Below, piece by piece: positions 13,861-23,905 of a DNA stretch of 64,000 nt. The stretch's first letter is position 1. Each line of letters begins with the position of its first letter. The notes beneath the pieces were generated by a model. It did no database searches. It had not been told where the DNA came from and saw only the letters and a program-made list of their open reading frames with translations. A program made the position numbers and the translations under genes. The DNA is from Candidatus Lustribacter sp. Its GTDB lineage: Bacteria > Vulcanimicrobiota > Vulcanimicrobiia > Vulcanimicrobiales > Vulcanimicrobiaceae. The DNA lies in NCBI GenBank assembly GCA_965277805.1, contig OZ255842.1:2560001-2624000 (forward strand), written 5' to 3'.

Positions 13861-14325
13861 TTAGGCCCCTCGACTCTGCCTCCAGGCGCGCTCCCGCAGT
13901 TCGAGAAACCCGGCTAGCCGATGCCCCAGATCCTGTAAGCTCGCGCGCGCGATCCGTTTGCCGATCACCTCATCGAAGCACCGCCCGAAGACGCCCAAGG
14001 GAGCGTCGTACGTGCCCTCGATGAGGAGGAGCGTACCCATCGCCTCGATGCGAAAGCAAATCGTCCCGCGAAAATTCGGCAACAGCGGCATGCCGCTATG
14101 CCAGCGGAGTTGGATCTCGTCGTGCCGCCGGCCCACTTCGGTAAGATCCGCATGAAGGCCAAAATTCATACGCACGCGGCGCTCGAACGCCGGCAGTGAT
14201 GGAAACCACGGAACCCGTACGAACGACTCCACGCCCCCGGCTTCCGCGTTATGCAGGTACTCCTGCGCATACTCGGTCGCCATCGAGAACGGGCAGTCGG
14301 CGAGGGTCGAAGTCGTGATGGTCAC
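13861..14325 (-). CDS. Hypothetical protein, SRPBCC/START-like fold suspected
   Basis: LPNFRGTI...LLIEGTYDAPLGVFGRCFDEVIGKRIARASL pattern. Confidence 0.6.
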   Translation of the reverse strand: MTITTSTLADCPFSMATEYAQEYLHNAEAGGVESFVRVPWFPSLPAFERRVRMNFGLHADLTEVGRRHDEIQLRWHSGMPLLPNFRGTICFRIEAMGTLLLIEGTYDAPLGVFGRCFDEVIGKRIARASLQDLGHRLAGFLELRERAWRQSRGA

Positions 14326-14375
14326 GCTTCAAGCGTACTCGCGCGCAAGAATATCGTGTGAAGGCGTCTTCCAGA

Positions 14376-15098
14376 TTACGGCAGCTCGGCCAACTTGTAG
14401 CCCGCGCCATAGACCGTCAGCACGTAGCGCGGGTGTTGCGGATCAACCTCGATCTTGGAGCGCAAATTTGCGATATGCCGGTCGAGCGTCCGGTCAAACA
14501 CCTCGCCGCCGTCGATCGAGATCAGCTCGATGAGATGATCGCGCGTAAACACTTGACCCGGGTGGTCAGCGAAGATGCAGAGCAAACGATATTCGGTCGG
14601 CGTCAACTTGAGCGGCGTACCGTCGCGTGCGACCTCGTGTGCGGTGAGGTCGATCGTTATTTCGCCGACGCGGCGCAGATCGTGAACGGCGCGAGGCGGG
14701 GCGCTACTGCCGGCGGCCGGCGATGCGCTGAAGCGACGCAACACCGTCTTCACCCGCGCGACGACCTCACGCGGGCTGTAGGGCTTGCTCACGTAGTCGT
14801 CGGCCCCCAGCTCGAGTCCGACGACGCGATCGACCTCCGTCACGCGGGCCGTGAGCATGATGACGGGCACGTCGAGTTGCGCCCGGATCTCGCGGAACGC
14901 CTCGAGCCCGGATAGCACCGGCAGATTCAGGTCGAGCAGCACTAAGTCGGGGCGCTCGGCCAGTGCGAGGTCGACAGCGGCCCGTCCGTCGGCTGCCCGC
15001 AGCACGCGGAATCCCTCATCCCGAAGATAGACTTCGAGTACGTCGAGCAGCGCCGGTTCATCGTCGACCACGAGCACCGTTGCCGTGCGCGCCGTCAT
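14376..15098 (-). CDS. OmpR-family response regulator
   Basis: VVDDE, LLDLNLP, GADDYVSKPY, winged helix LTVYGAGYK; ATG overlaps kinase stop. Confidence 0.95.
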   Translation of the reverse strand: MTARTATVLVVDDEPALLDVLEVYLRDEGFRVLRAADGRAAVDLALAERPDLVLLDLNLPVLSGLEAFREIRAQLDVPVIMLTARVTEVDRVVGLELGADDYVSKPYSPREVVARVKTVLRRFSASPAAGSSAPPRAVHDLRRVGEITIDLTAHEVARDGTPLKLTPTEYRLLCIFADHPGQVFTRDHLIELISIDGGEVFDRTLDRHIANLRSKIEVDPQHPRYVLTVYGAGYKLAELP

Positions 15099-16810
15099 GT
15101 CCAGCGTTCGATTTTCGCCCGCAAGTCGGCGAGCTTCACCGGTTTGGAGAGGTAATCGTCCATGCCGGCAGCGAGACACGCCGCCCGATCCTCCGCGAAC
15201 GCATTGGCCGTCATCGCCGTGATCGGCAAATGCTGCCCCGTCAACCGTTCTTCATGCCGGATCAACTTCGTGGCATCCAAGCCGTCGAGATTCGGCATCT
15301 GACAATCCATGAACACCATCGCGTAACGTTCGCTGCGTATGGCTTCGAGCGCTTGACGTCCGTCGAAGACGAAGGTCACTGCGACGCCGAGGTCTTCGAA
15401 CTGCTGTTTGAGCAAACGCCGTAGCGGTTCGTTGTCCTCGGCGACCAAAACGGTCCCGTTCGTCGGGGCGACGGTGGCGAGCGATTCAGTTGCCGGAACG
15501 TTCCGCGCGGCCGGCCGTCCGGCGGCGCCCGATGCACGCGCGAAGCGCAGCGCAAACCAAAAGGACGAACCGAGATCGGCGGTGCTCTCAACACCGATCC
15601 GGCCACCCATCATCTCAACTAGCCGCTTTGAGATCGAGAGGCCCAAACCCGTTCCGGCAAATTTGCGTGACGCCGAGCGGTCCGCTTGCGCGAATGGTTC
15701 GAATAACAGCGGCAGCAGGGCCGACGGAATGCCGATGCCGGTGTCCTGCACGTCGAAGCGCACCAGGACCTCATCGGCCGAAAGGTCCTCCGAGACGGCG
15801 CGCACGACGACGCGACCGCTCTCGGTGAACTTCACCGCGTTGCCCACGAGGTTGAACAGAATCTGCCGAACGCGGTCGCGGTCGCCCAGAACGGCCGGGA
15901 TCGACGGATCGACGTAGGCGTTCAGCGTAATGTTCTTTTCGCGCGCGACGTGCGCAAGCACATCGGCAACGCCTTCGAGCAGCGGTTCGATCTCGAATGG
16001 CTCGACCTGCAGCTCCAGCTTGCCGGCTTCGATCTTCGAGAAGTCGAGAACGCTGTTGATCAGCGTTAAGAGCGCCTCGGAGGCTTCAGTCATCGTTTGC
16101 ACGGTGATGTGCGCACGCTCGTCGAGTTTCATTCGGCTCAGCAGCTCCGCGCCGGCGATGATCGAAGCCAGCGGCGTCCGCAACTCGTGGCTCATGGTCG
16201 AGACGAATTCGGTTTTGAAGCGCGACGCGTCGGCCAACTCCAGATTCGCAAGGCGCAGCTCCTCGCTATGCTTGCGCTCGCTGATATCGGTAATCGCGGC
16301 AAGCGTGAACGTTTCGCCGCCGGTCACGATTGGATTCAGGCCGATTTCGATCGGTACCTCACTGGCATCTTTGCGCCGCCCGTAGAGATCGCGCCCGGCG
16401 CCCATTGCACGCGCGCTCGGCGCCGCGGCAAAGTCGTCACGCAGGTCCCGGTGGCCATGACGGAATCGCTCGGGAACGAGTTCATCGATCGACATACCGA
16501 GCAGCTCGTCGCGAGAGTAGCCGAAAAGCGCTTCGGCCTGCCCGTTCACGAGCACGATCCGGCCGCCGCCGTTCACCAGAACCTTGGCGTACGGTGATCC
16601 CTCGATCACGGCGTTGAGCAGATCTTCGTTCGGTGCAGGACGGCGTACGAGCGCCGCATCGAGCGACTCGAGCGAGCTCAAAATATCAGCCAAACGGCCC
16701 GGATTCGGCTCCAGCTTGCCGTCGATGAGCGCATGCACGGTTCCGATGGCGACCGCCAGGTCGTTACGCATGTCGTGCTGCGTCCGATCCATATGGCACC
16801 CTTCGCGCAA
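15095..16810 (-). CDS. Cytoplasmic hybrid sensor kinase (extra H-box segment, PAS, HisKA, HATPase, REC)
   Basis: PAS (AMGAGRDLYGRRKD), SHELRTPL, NAVKFT, DTGIGI, GTGLGL, MDCQMP receiver; no transmembrane segment apparent. Confidence 0.93.
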   Translation of the reverse strand: MREGCHMDRTQHDMRNDLAVAIGTVHALIDGKLEPNPGRLADILSSLESLDAALVRRPAPNEDLLNAVIEGSPYAKVLVNGGGRIVLVNGQAEALFGYSRDELLGMSIDELVPERFRHGHRDLRDDFAAAPSARAMGAGRDLYGRRKDASEVPIEIGLNPIVTGGETFTLAAITDISERKHSEELRLANLELADASRFKTEFVSTMSHELRTPLASIIAGAELLSRMKLDERAHITVQTMTEASEALLTLINSVLDFSKIEAGKLELQVEPFEIEPLLEGVADVLAHVAREKNITLNAYVDPSIPAVLGDRDRVRQILFNLVGNAVKFTESGRVVVRAVSEDLSADEVLVRFDVQDTGIGIPSALLPLLFEPFAQADRSASRKFAGTGLGLSISKRLVEMMGGRIGVESTADLGSSFWFALRFARASGAAGRPAARNVPATESLATVAPTNGTVLVAEDNEPLRRLLKQQFEDLGVAVTFVFDGRQALEAIRSERYAMVFMDCQMPNLDGLDATKLIRHEERLTGQHLPITAMTANAFAEDRAACLAAGMDDYLSKPVKLADLRAKIERWT

Positions 16811-16928
16811 TCTCCGTCAACGCATTTGGGGCCTTCCACGGATCTTCACACCGCCTTCGCTCGCCGGCGATAGCTTCAGGTTGCAAAAACACACCATCAC
16901 AACGCGCTCCGCGCTTGAGGAAATCATC

Positions 16929-17519
16929 ATGCAATCCGCCGCCGTCCGTCACATCGAGGATCCGCCTATAGCGCGCGCGCTGTTCGGAGATACACGCTTC
17001 GCCTGGATCTGGCTGATCCTCCGCGTCTACGTGGGCTGGCAATGGTTCAGCGAAGGTCTCAATAAAGTCCAGACTCCCGCGTGGGCTGGTGCGAAGGCCG
17101 GCACGTTTCTCACGGTCTGGATCGACGGAGCACTCAAGAAGACGCAGGGCGCACACGCGGACGTCCAAGGCTGGTACGGGTTTTTCCTCAGCCACGCCGT
17201 GCTGCCGCATGCCGCCTTCTGGAGCTATACCGTCTCGTACGGCGAGCTTTTCGTCGGCCTCGGTCTCATCTTCGGACTCTTCACCGGGATCGCCGCGTTC
17301 TTCGGCACGACCATGAACGCAAGCTATCTCTTAGCCGGCACGGTCAGCACGAATCCGATCTTGTTCGCCTTCGGCACGCTGCTCGTTCTCGCGTGGAAGA
17401 CCGCCGGTTACTGGGGTGCAGATCGCTTCGTCCTCGCACGTCTCGGCACGCCCTGGACAAGCACGCATACGGATTCTCGGCCCGCGAACATCACGCAGAC
17501 GCCCGCACCGGCGTCATGA
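16929..17519 (+). CDS. DoxX/DoxD-family membrane protein
   Basis: LRVYVGWQW..EG..K, GELFVGLGLIFG, GTVSTNP, AGYWGAD; GAGG RBS. Confidence 0.85.
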   Translation: MQSAAVRHIEDPPIARALFGDTRFAWIWLILRVYVGWQWFSEGLNKVQTPAWAGAKAGTFLTVWIDGALKKTQGAHADVQGWYGFFLSHAVLPHAAFWSYTVSYGELFVGLGLIFGLFTGIAAFFGTTMNASYLLAGTVSTNPILFAFGTLLVLAWKTAGYWGADRFVLARLGTPWTSTHTDSRPANITQTPAPAS

Positions 17520-17764
17520 CGCCGGTCGTGGAGCGCGATCTGATCCTTGCGCCGCTGGCCTCGGCAGACCGCGTTCTCCGCGCCTTCTCCGCATCGCACC
17601 CGGAGTTTGACGGCCAGTTGGTCGTCGAGGCCGATGCCAGATTCAACGGTTTCTGGCTGATCCTCACCGGCGCATTTGCCAGACCCACCGCTCGCGCTCT
17701 CCTGCGAGAAATTCGCGTCGAAATTGAAGCCGACGCCCGCACACAAAACTCGAAAGGTTCCTAA
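17516..17764 (+). CDS. Small hypothetical protein (82 aa)
   Basis: ATGA overlap with doxX stop; ends 2 nt before adhP start. Confidence 0.55.
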   Translation: MTPVVERDLILAPLASADRVLRAFSASHPEFDGQLVVEADARFNGFWLILTGAFARPTARALLREIRVEIEADARTQNSKGS

Positions 17765-17765
17765 C

Positions 17766-18848
17766 ATGTCAACCATCACGATCGAACGCCGCGGCGCGCA
17801 GCCTGCGAATATCGGATACCTTCCGAAAACGATGAAGGCCGCCGTCGTGCGCGCTTTCGGTCAACCGCTCGCAATTGCGGAAGTTCCAACACCCGTTCCC
17901 GGCCCCGGCGAAGTGCTGGTAGAAGTGACGGCCTGCGGGGTTTGCCATACCGACGTTCATGCGGCCGACGGCGATTGGCCGGTTAAACCGCAGCCGCCGT
18001 TCATTCCCGGACACGAGACCGCCGGACGCGTTGTCGCCTTGGGTGTGGGAGTCGACGACTTCAAGCTGGGTGACGCGATCGGCATCGCCTGGCTCCACGA
18101 CGCATGCGGCAAGTGCGAGTTCTGCATCACCGGCTGGGAAACGTTGTGCGCCACGCAGCACGACAGCGGCTACAGCGTCGACGGCGGCTTCGCGCAATAC
18201 GCAATCGCTTCGGCGGCCTATGCCGCGCACTTGAGCGCGGACGTCGATTTCTACCAGATGGCGCCGATCTTATGTGCGGGCGTCACCACCTATAAGGGAC
18301 TCAAACAAACCGAAGCGCGACCGGGGCAGTGGGTCGCGATCTCGGGCCTCGGCGGCTTGGGTCACGTTGCCGTGCAGTACGCCAAGGCGATGGGGCTAAA
18401 CGTCGTCGGCCTCGACGTGACGCCGGAAAAACTTGCGCTGGCGCGCTCGGTGGGCGCCGACGTGACGGTGAACGCGCTCGACGCCGATGCGGCCGCGCAA
18501 GTCCTCGAGGCGACCCACGGCGGCGCGCACGGCGTGCTGGTCACGGCGCCTTCGCCGCCGGCCTTCTCGCAAGCCATCGCGTTCGCGCGCAGCAAGGGAA
18601 CAATTGCGCTGATCGGTCTCCCGCCGGGCGGATTTCAGACGCCGATCTTCGACGTCGTGCTCAAGGGCTTGACGATTCGCGGTTCGATCGTCGGCACGCG
18701 CAAGGATCTCGAGGAAGCGGTGGCCTTCGCGAGCGCCGGAAAAGTCCGGGCCGATATCCACAAAGCGAAACTCGAAGACATCAACCGGATCTTCACCGAC
18801 CTCAAGGCCGGCAAAGTCGAGGGCCGTATGGTCCTCGATCTGGCCTAA
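17766..18848 (+). CDS. adhP: Zinc-dependent alcohol dehydrogenase, propanol-preferring type
   Basis: CGVCHTD, PGHE, CGKCEFC...C, LCAGVTTYK, GLGGLG. Confidence 0.93.
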   Translation: MSTITIERRGAQPANIGYLPKTMKAAVVRAFGQPLAIAEVPTPVPGPGEVLVEVTACGVCHTDVHAADGDWPVKPQPPFIPGHETAGRVVALGVGVDDFKLGDAIGIAWLHDACGKCEFCITGWETLCATQHDSGYSVDGGFAQYAIASAAYAAHLSADVDFYQMAPILCAGVTTYKGLKQTEARPGQWVAISGLGGLGHVAVQYAKAMGLNVVGLDVTPEKLALARSVGADVTVNALDADAAAQVLEATHGGAHGVLVTAPSPPAFSQAIAFARSKGTIALIGLPPGGFQTPIFDVVLKGLTIRGSIVGTRKDLEEAVAFASAGKVRADIHKAKLEDINRIFTDLKAGKVEGRMVLDLA

Positions 18849-20548
18849 GTTTGAATGCCGGCGCGTGCGCTGAGCTTGCGGCCGATGATGGCGACGCCGA
18901 TTGCCATCGCGGCCGAGATCACGCCGACGACCGCACCGTTCTCGATCGAACCGTTGGTCGCGTAATCGAGCACCAAGAGCGAGAGCGGACGCGTCGTCGG
19001 CGTGGCGAGCAAGATCATCGTGCTGATGTCTTTCACGCAGCCGACGAACACGAACAGCGCGACCGTCACCGCGGTCGGTGAGAGCAGCGGCAAGAGCACG
19101 CGCCGGTAGAGTTCCCACCAGCCCGCACCCGAGGTGAACGCCGCTTCTTCGAGCTCGAGCCCGATGCGCGCGATGCCGTTCTTCATCAGGTTCACGCCGC
19201 CGGGCATTTCCTTGAAGAGCATCGCGATGACGAGACCGGCCACCGAACCGTAGAGAACGTTGAGGATCGGGAAGCCGAGGTAGATCCACAAGAGCGAGAG
19301 GCTCAGCAAGATGCCGGGAATCGACCACGGCAGCCACGCCGCGACGTCGAGAACCTGCCGGCCCGCGGCTTTCGTGCGCAAGATGATGTAGGCGATCAGC
19401 GAGAAGCAGATCACGCCCGCGATCGCCGTGAAAATACCCAGCAGCAGCGTCGTCGTGAACGATGAGAGGAACACCGGATCGTGCAGCACGGTGTTCCAGT
19501 GGCTCGTCGTAAAGCCGAAGCCGCCGGCCGCGTTGGTCACGCCGAAGATCTCCATGAACGAGCCGACGACGAGCGTGATCGTCGGAACGAGCACCGCGAG
19601 GCCGGCAAAGCCGCCGCAGAAGAGCGTGGCCGGCCAACGCCAGCGGCCGAGATCGACTGCCGGCGCGGCGGCGAGCTTCCCGGTCAGCGTCGCATAGGAG
19701 CGCCCGCGGACGACACGCTGGTACCACAGCGCCAGCGCGATCAGCAAGATCACGAACGGAACGCTCAGCGCCATCGCCGGCGCGTAGCGCGGCGGCTCGT
19801 ACACGACCAGTTCCTGAATCTTGGTCGAGAACACGCGGATGCCGGCCGGAACGCCGAGGAACAACTCGACCTCGAACCCCTCGAGGCTGCGGATCAGCGC
19901 GATGATGCCGGCCATCGTCAACGCCGGCGCGAGCAGCGGCAACACGACGCGCCGGAACGACTCCATGAGGCTCGCGCCCGACATGCGCGCGCTCTCTTCG
20001 AGCACGGGATTCAGGCCGCGGAATGCCGGTCCCAGCAGCAGCACGATCGCGGGCACCGTCGTCGTCACGAGATGCACCCACGTGATGCCGGTATAGGAGT
20101 AGATGTTGAACGGGCCATGCTGCAGTCCGAACACCGGCTGTAAGATGCGGTTGATCCAGCCCGACTTCGGATCGAGCAACAGCGCCCACGCCATCGCCAT
20201 CGGCAGCGTGGGCAAAAAGAACGCGGTCCAAATCAGGAACTCGATCGAGCGACGCCAGCGCACGTTGGTGCGAATCACGAGCCACGCCAGCACGCTGCCG
20301 AGCAAGAGCGCGATCGGCACGCGCATGAGCACGAGTAAGAACGTATTTGCGATCGCCTGCCACACCGACGCGGTTGAAAACGCGCTCGTCCAGCCGCTGG
20401 TTCCCCAAACGGTCGGATTGCCCGGCAGCGAGGTACGGAAGCTGCCGACCAGCGTGATGATCACGGGCGCGATCGCAAATGCGGTCACGATGATGACGGG
20501 CAGCGTCAACAGCGCGTTCGTGCGCTGCCCTTCGGTGGTTCTTACCAC
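18845..20548 (-). CDS. ABC transporter permease (FbpB/AfuB-type, duplicated domain)
   Basis: Two EAA loops (LEESARMSGA, LEEAAFTSGA); many TM helices; GTG at 20548 overlapping upstream stop. Confidence 0.9.
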   Translation of the reverse strand: MVRTTEGQRTNALLTLPVIIVTAFAIAPVIITLVGSFRTSLPGNPTVWGTSGWTSAFSTASVWQAIANTFLLVLMRVPIALLLGSVLAWLVIRTNVRWRRSIEFLIWTAFFLPTLPMAMAWALLLDPKSGWINRILQPVFGLQHGPFNIYSYTGITWVHLVTTTVPAIVLLLGPAFRGLNPVLEESARMSGASLMESFRRVVLPLLAPALTMAGIIALIRSLEGFEVELFLGVPAGIRVFSTKIQELVVYEPPRYAPAMALSVPFVILLIALALWYQRVVRGRSYATLTGKLAAAPAVDLGRWRWPATLFCGGFAGLAVLVPTITLVVGSFMEIFGVTNAAGGFGFTTSHWNTVLHDPVFLSSFTTTLLLGIFTAIAGVICFSLIAYIILRTKAAGRQVLDVAAWLPWSIPGILLSLSLLWIYLGFPILNVLYGSVAGLVIAMLFKEMPGGVNLMKNGIARIGLELEEAAFTSGAGWWELYRRVLLPLLSPTAVTVALFVFVGCVKDISTMILLATPTTRPLSLLVLDYATNGSIENGAVVGVISAAMAIGVAIIGRKLSARAGIQT

Positions 20549-21741
20549 GTGCCGACGGCGTTCGCGGGGGACTGGTAGCTGAGCCTCAGTTCGCGGCGCT
20601 GGGCCGCCGACTCGAGAATCGCCACGCAAACCTCGAGCGTGGCCCGGCCCCAGGCGGCATCGAGAAACGGCTCGCGCTCACCGGCCAGCGCGTCGGCCAG
20701 TTCCATCAGCTCCGCCGCGCCGCGCAGATAGCCCGCACCGCAGGCGAGTTCGCGCCGGCCGTTGCGGTCGTAAACGTACACGCCGTCGGGCGATTGGCGC
20801 ACGACGCCGCGTTCGCAATGCACGATGGTTAGGCCGAAGAAGGGTGGTTTGCGCAACGAACGTTTGTCTTCGCCGCCGTCACGGCCGCGCCCGTACGGAT
20901 CGCCGGCCTGTTGGAAACGCCACTTCTCCTCGGGCGACATCGGCGCGCGGCGTTCGGCCGGCCGCACCGAGCCCGCGTCGAGCGTGCGGTAACCGCTTTC
21001 ACCGATGCCCCAGGTCAAATCTACGATGTCGAAATACCCCTGCGCGTTGAAGACGAGCGTTGCCGCCGCGCCGTCGTCGAACGTCAGCAGCGCGGTGTAG
21101 TCGGATTCGGTCGCGGGCGAACCCGCCTCGCGCCGCGCCGTCACCGCGCGCACGCTGCTCACCGGGCTGCCGGCGAGGTAACGCACGATATCGATTTGGT
21201 GCGGAGCCTGACGAAACACCGGACCCGTGCCGAGATCGGTGCGTTCTTCAGCCGGAGTGCGCGGCCGGATCAGCCAGTCGTTGAAGTTCCACGTATTGAT
21301 CTGCGTGACGCGGCCGAGCTCGCCGCTCTTGATGACCTCTCGCATGCGCCGCAATACCGAATAGTAGATCTTCGAGTGCCCCTGGACGTACTTCACGCTG
21401 GCGGCCTTAACCGCCGACACGATCGCGTTGCACTCATCAATCGTCGTCGCCATCGGCTTCTCGCACACGACGTGCTTGCCGTGGTTCGCCGCCAGCACCG
21501 CATGCTTCGCGTGAAACTCGTTCGGCGTCGCGATCCAAACAACGTCGACATCGTCGCACGCCGCGAGCGCTTCGACCGAATCGAACAGGTGCACGCCGGG
21601 ATGCCGCGTGCCGAACGCGCGCAGGGCGTCGGCGCGCACGTCGGCGACGGCCGTGAGCCGGACGGTATCGGCGATCGCGCCGATATTCGGCAGCACCTGC
21701 TCTGCCGCGATGCCGATACCGGCGATGCCGAGACGCAGCAC
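20542..21741 (-). CDS. Gfo/Idh/MocA oxidoreductase, cis-dihydrodiol dehydrogenase-like
   Basis: GIAGIG Rossmann motif, ATPNEFH, VCEKPMA, FRQAPHQIDIVR; adjacent to Rieske oxygenase. Confidence 0.85.
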   Translation of the reverse strand: MLRLGIAGIGIAAEQVLPNIGAIADTVRLTAVADVRADALRAFGTRHPGVHLFDSVEALAACDDVDVVWIATPNEFHAKHAVLAANHGKHVVCEKPMATTIDECNAIVSAVKAASVKYVQGHSKIYYSVLRRMREVIKSGELGRVTQINTWNFNDWLIRPRTPAEERTDLGTGPVFRQAPHQIDIVRYLAGSPVSSVRAVTARREAGSPATESDYTALLTFDDGAAATLVFNAQGYFDIVDLTWGIGESGYRTLDAGSVRPAERRAPMSPEEKWRFQQAGDPYGRGRDGGEDKRSLRKPPFFGLTIVHCERGVVRQSPDGVYVYDRNGRRELACGAGYLRGAAELMELADALAGEREPFLDAAWGRATLEVCVAILESAAQRRELRLSYQSPANAVGTW

Positions 21742-21743
21742 CG

Positions 21744-22913
21744 CTACGAGGTCTTTGCTGCGCCGCTACCGACCGCTTCGAGGCGGTTGAGGCTGTGCGT
21801 GGAGAACTCGATGATCTCGTTCTTGGCCGGATCGCGCAGGATAGCCATCGGTTCGCCGCCGGCCTCGACGATGGCGATCTGCTCGTCGAGCAGTTTCCGT
21901 AACATCACGATGCCGACGTCGGTCACGCCGAGATGCTCTTGCGAGCGGTCGTAGATTGCGCCCTGCGTTTCCCACGCCATGCGATCTTGGCTGTTGAAGC
22001 TGTCGAGCGCGTACTCGCCGTCGGGACCTTTGTCGTCGGGCATGTACTGCATCGGCACGACCGCCTGCGGCGGTTCCTCGAGCCCGGTGTCGTTCGGCTG
22101 GAACTGCATCACGATGATCCGCGTGCTGGTGTCGTCGATCGGCACGCGCCAATGCTGGCGCTCGTTGCGGCCTTCGGGAATGCGCAGGATGTTCGGGAAG
22201 ATCAACGGCGGACGGATCTCTTCGCCCGGATGATCGCCGCCGTAGAACAGCGTCTTCGTAATGCCCCACTCGCAGAGTGAGAAGTCGTACTTCACGATCG
22301 GCCGGTAGTAGTACGCGGCCGACTCCCACTTGATCCCCTTCTGCGCCATCGTGTGACCGTGCAGATAGTAGGTGTGGGTCGTGTCGGCGGTGTTCTCTTG
22401 CGCTTGCAGCCAGTTACACGTGAGGTCCGGCCGGATCTCGATCAGGCGCGTGCCGTCCTTGCGCACGAGCGTGTCCCAGCGGGGCAAGAGCGGCGCCGGC
22501 AGCGGACCCATATAGACGAAGAGCAAACCGCCGAGTTCTTGCACCGGATAAGCGCGCTGACGCACGCGGTCCTTGAACGTGCTGTCCTTCGGTTCGAAGG
22601 GCTGCTCGACGCAACGGCCGTCGCGCTCGAACTTCCAGCCGTGGTAGGCGCAGCGGATCGCGCTGCCTTCCAGAAAACCGTAGTACAGCGAGCAGCCGCG
22701 GTGCGTGCAGTGTTCGGTCACGCAACCGAAGTTGCCGTCGTCGCCGCGGTACACGACCAGGTCCTCGCCCATCACCTTGATGCGCTTCTTCGGCCGCTCG
22801 TCGGTGAAGTCGCAGGCCGGCCACAAGGCCTGCCAGTAGCGGCGCAACAGTTGACCGCCGGGCGTATTTGCGCCGGTTTGGGTGAGGCGCGCGTTCTTCT
22901 CCGCTGACAGCAT
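21744..22913 (-). CDS. Rieske non-heme iron oxygenase alpha subunit (phthalate 4,5-dioxygenase/LigX-like)
   Basis: CTH...CAYHGW Rieske motif; EN..D..H....H and QD mononuclear Fe ligands; GGQLLRRYWQ N-terminus. Confidence 0.93.
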   Translation of the reverse strand: MLSAEKNARLTQTGANTPGGQLLRRYWQALWPACDFTDERPKKRIKVMGEDLVVYRGDDGNFGCVTEHCTHRGCSLYYGFLEGSAIRCAYHGWKFERDGRCVEQPFEPKDSTFKDRVRQRAYPVQELGGLLFVYMGPLPAPLLPRWDTLVRKDGTRLIEIRPDLTCNWLQAQENTADTTHTYYLHGHTMAQKGIKWESAAYYYRPIVKYDFSLCEWGITKTLFYGGDHPGEEIRPPLIFPNILRIPEGRNERQHWRVPIDDTSTRIIVMQFQPNDTGLEEPPQAVVPMQYMPDDKGPDGEYALDSFNSQDRMAWETQGAIYDRSQEHLGVTDVGIVMLRKLLDEQIAIVEAGGEPMAILRDPAKNEIIEFSTHSLNRLEAVGSGAAKTS

Positions 22914-22916
22914 CGT

Positions 22917-23792
22917 CTAGACCGGCGCGGTGACGCGCGCCCCGAAGAACGCGAGCGCGATATCGTTGAAGCGATCCGACTCGTCGTTCTGCGCTTGATG
23001 GCCCGAGTTCTCGAGCATCTCGAACGTGACGTTGGGCAACATCTTCTGCAGCGTGTCGGCGAACTCGGGCGGCGCGAAACTGTCCTTGGCGCCCCACACC
23101 ATGTGCATCGGGATCGTGAGCTGCGGCAAACGGTGCTTCAGCTCGAAACGCTGCCATTCGTTGGGATCGGTCTTGAGCGAGTTGCGATACTGCCCTTGCA
23201 GCCTGTGGACTTTGTCGTGGCCCGGCAAGGCGGCCATCTGCACGCGATCGGCGATCAGTTCGTCGGTGATCTTGCTATGATCGTGAACGATGATCTCCAT
23301 GAAGCTGCGCATCGCCTCGGGCGTGCCGTCGTAAGCTTGGAGTTTCTTCATGCCGCCCATCTGGGCGTCGTTGCGCTCGAGCCCCATGGCGAGCGCGATG
23401 CTGCCGCTGCTGATCATGAGCAGCTTCTTGACGCGCTTGGGCTGATCGACGGTCAATTTGGCCGCCATGTACGCACCGCGCGAATTCCCGCAGAGATAGA
23501 CCTTATCCAGACACAATGCGTCGAGAAAGCCCAGCAGGTGATCGACGGAATCTTGATCGCTGCAGCTTTCGGTGGGTTTGTCGGTCAGACCGAATCCCAG
23601 CGTATCGAGCGCGTACACGCGAAAGTGTTTCGCGAGCACCGGGATCGTTTGCCGCCAACCGGCCCAACCGTAGGCACCCGGACCGGCACCGTGCACGAAC
23701 ACGATCGGCTCACCGCTGCCGGCCTCGACGTAATGGGTTTTGATCCCGCGCACATCGACAAACGATGAGAGCACGCCCTCGGGCAACTGCAT
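22917..23792 (-). CDS. Alpha/beta hydrolase, meta-cleavage-product (C-C) hydrolase-like
   Basis: HGAGPG oxyanion loop, GNSRGA nucleophile elbow, WGAKD, SGHQAQ. Confidence 0.85.
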   Translation of the reverse strand: MQLPEGVLSSFVDVRGIKTHYVEAGSGEPIVFVHGAGPGAYGWAGWRQTIPVLAKHFRVYALDTLGFGLTDKPTESCSDQDSVDHLLGFLDALCLDKVYLCGNSRGAYMAAKLTVDQPKRVKKLLMISSGSIALAMGLERNDAQMGGMKKLQAYDGTPEAMRSFMEIIVHDHSKITDELIADRVQMAALPGHDKVHRLQGQYRNSLKTDPNEWQRFELKHRLPQLTIPMHMVWGAKDSFAPPEFADTLQKMLPNVTFEMLENSGHQAQNDESDRFNDIALAFFGARVTAPV

Positions 23793-23905
23793 AGAACTGG
23801 GTCCTTTCGTCGAAGGGGGTCAATTCGGCGCGACGAAACCGGTCCGGTCCGTGATAACCTAAATCGCCTAAGCAGTTTTCGCGGCGGTAGAAAGGCACCC
23901 TCCAA

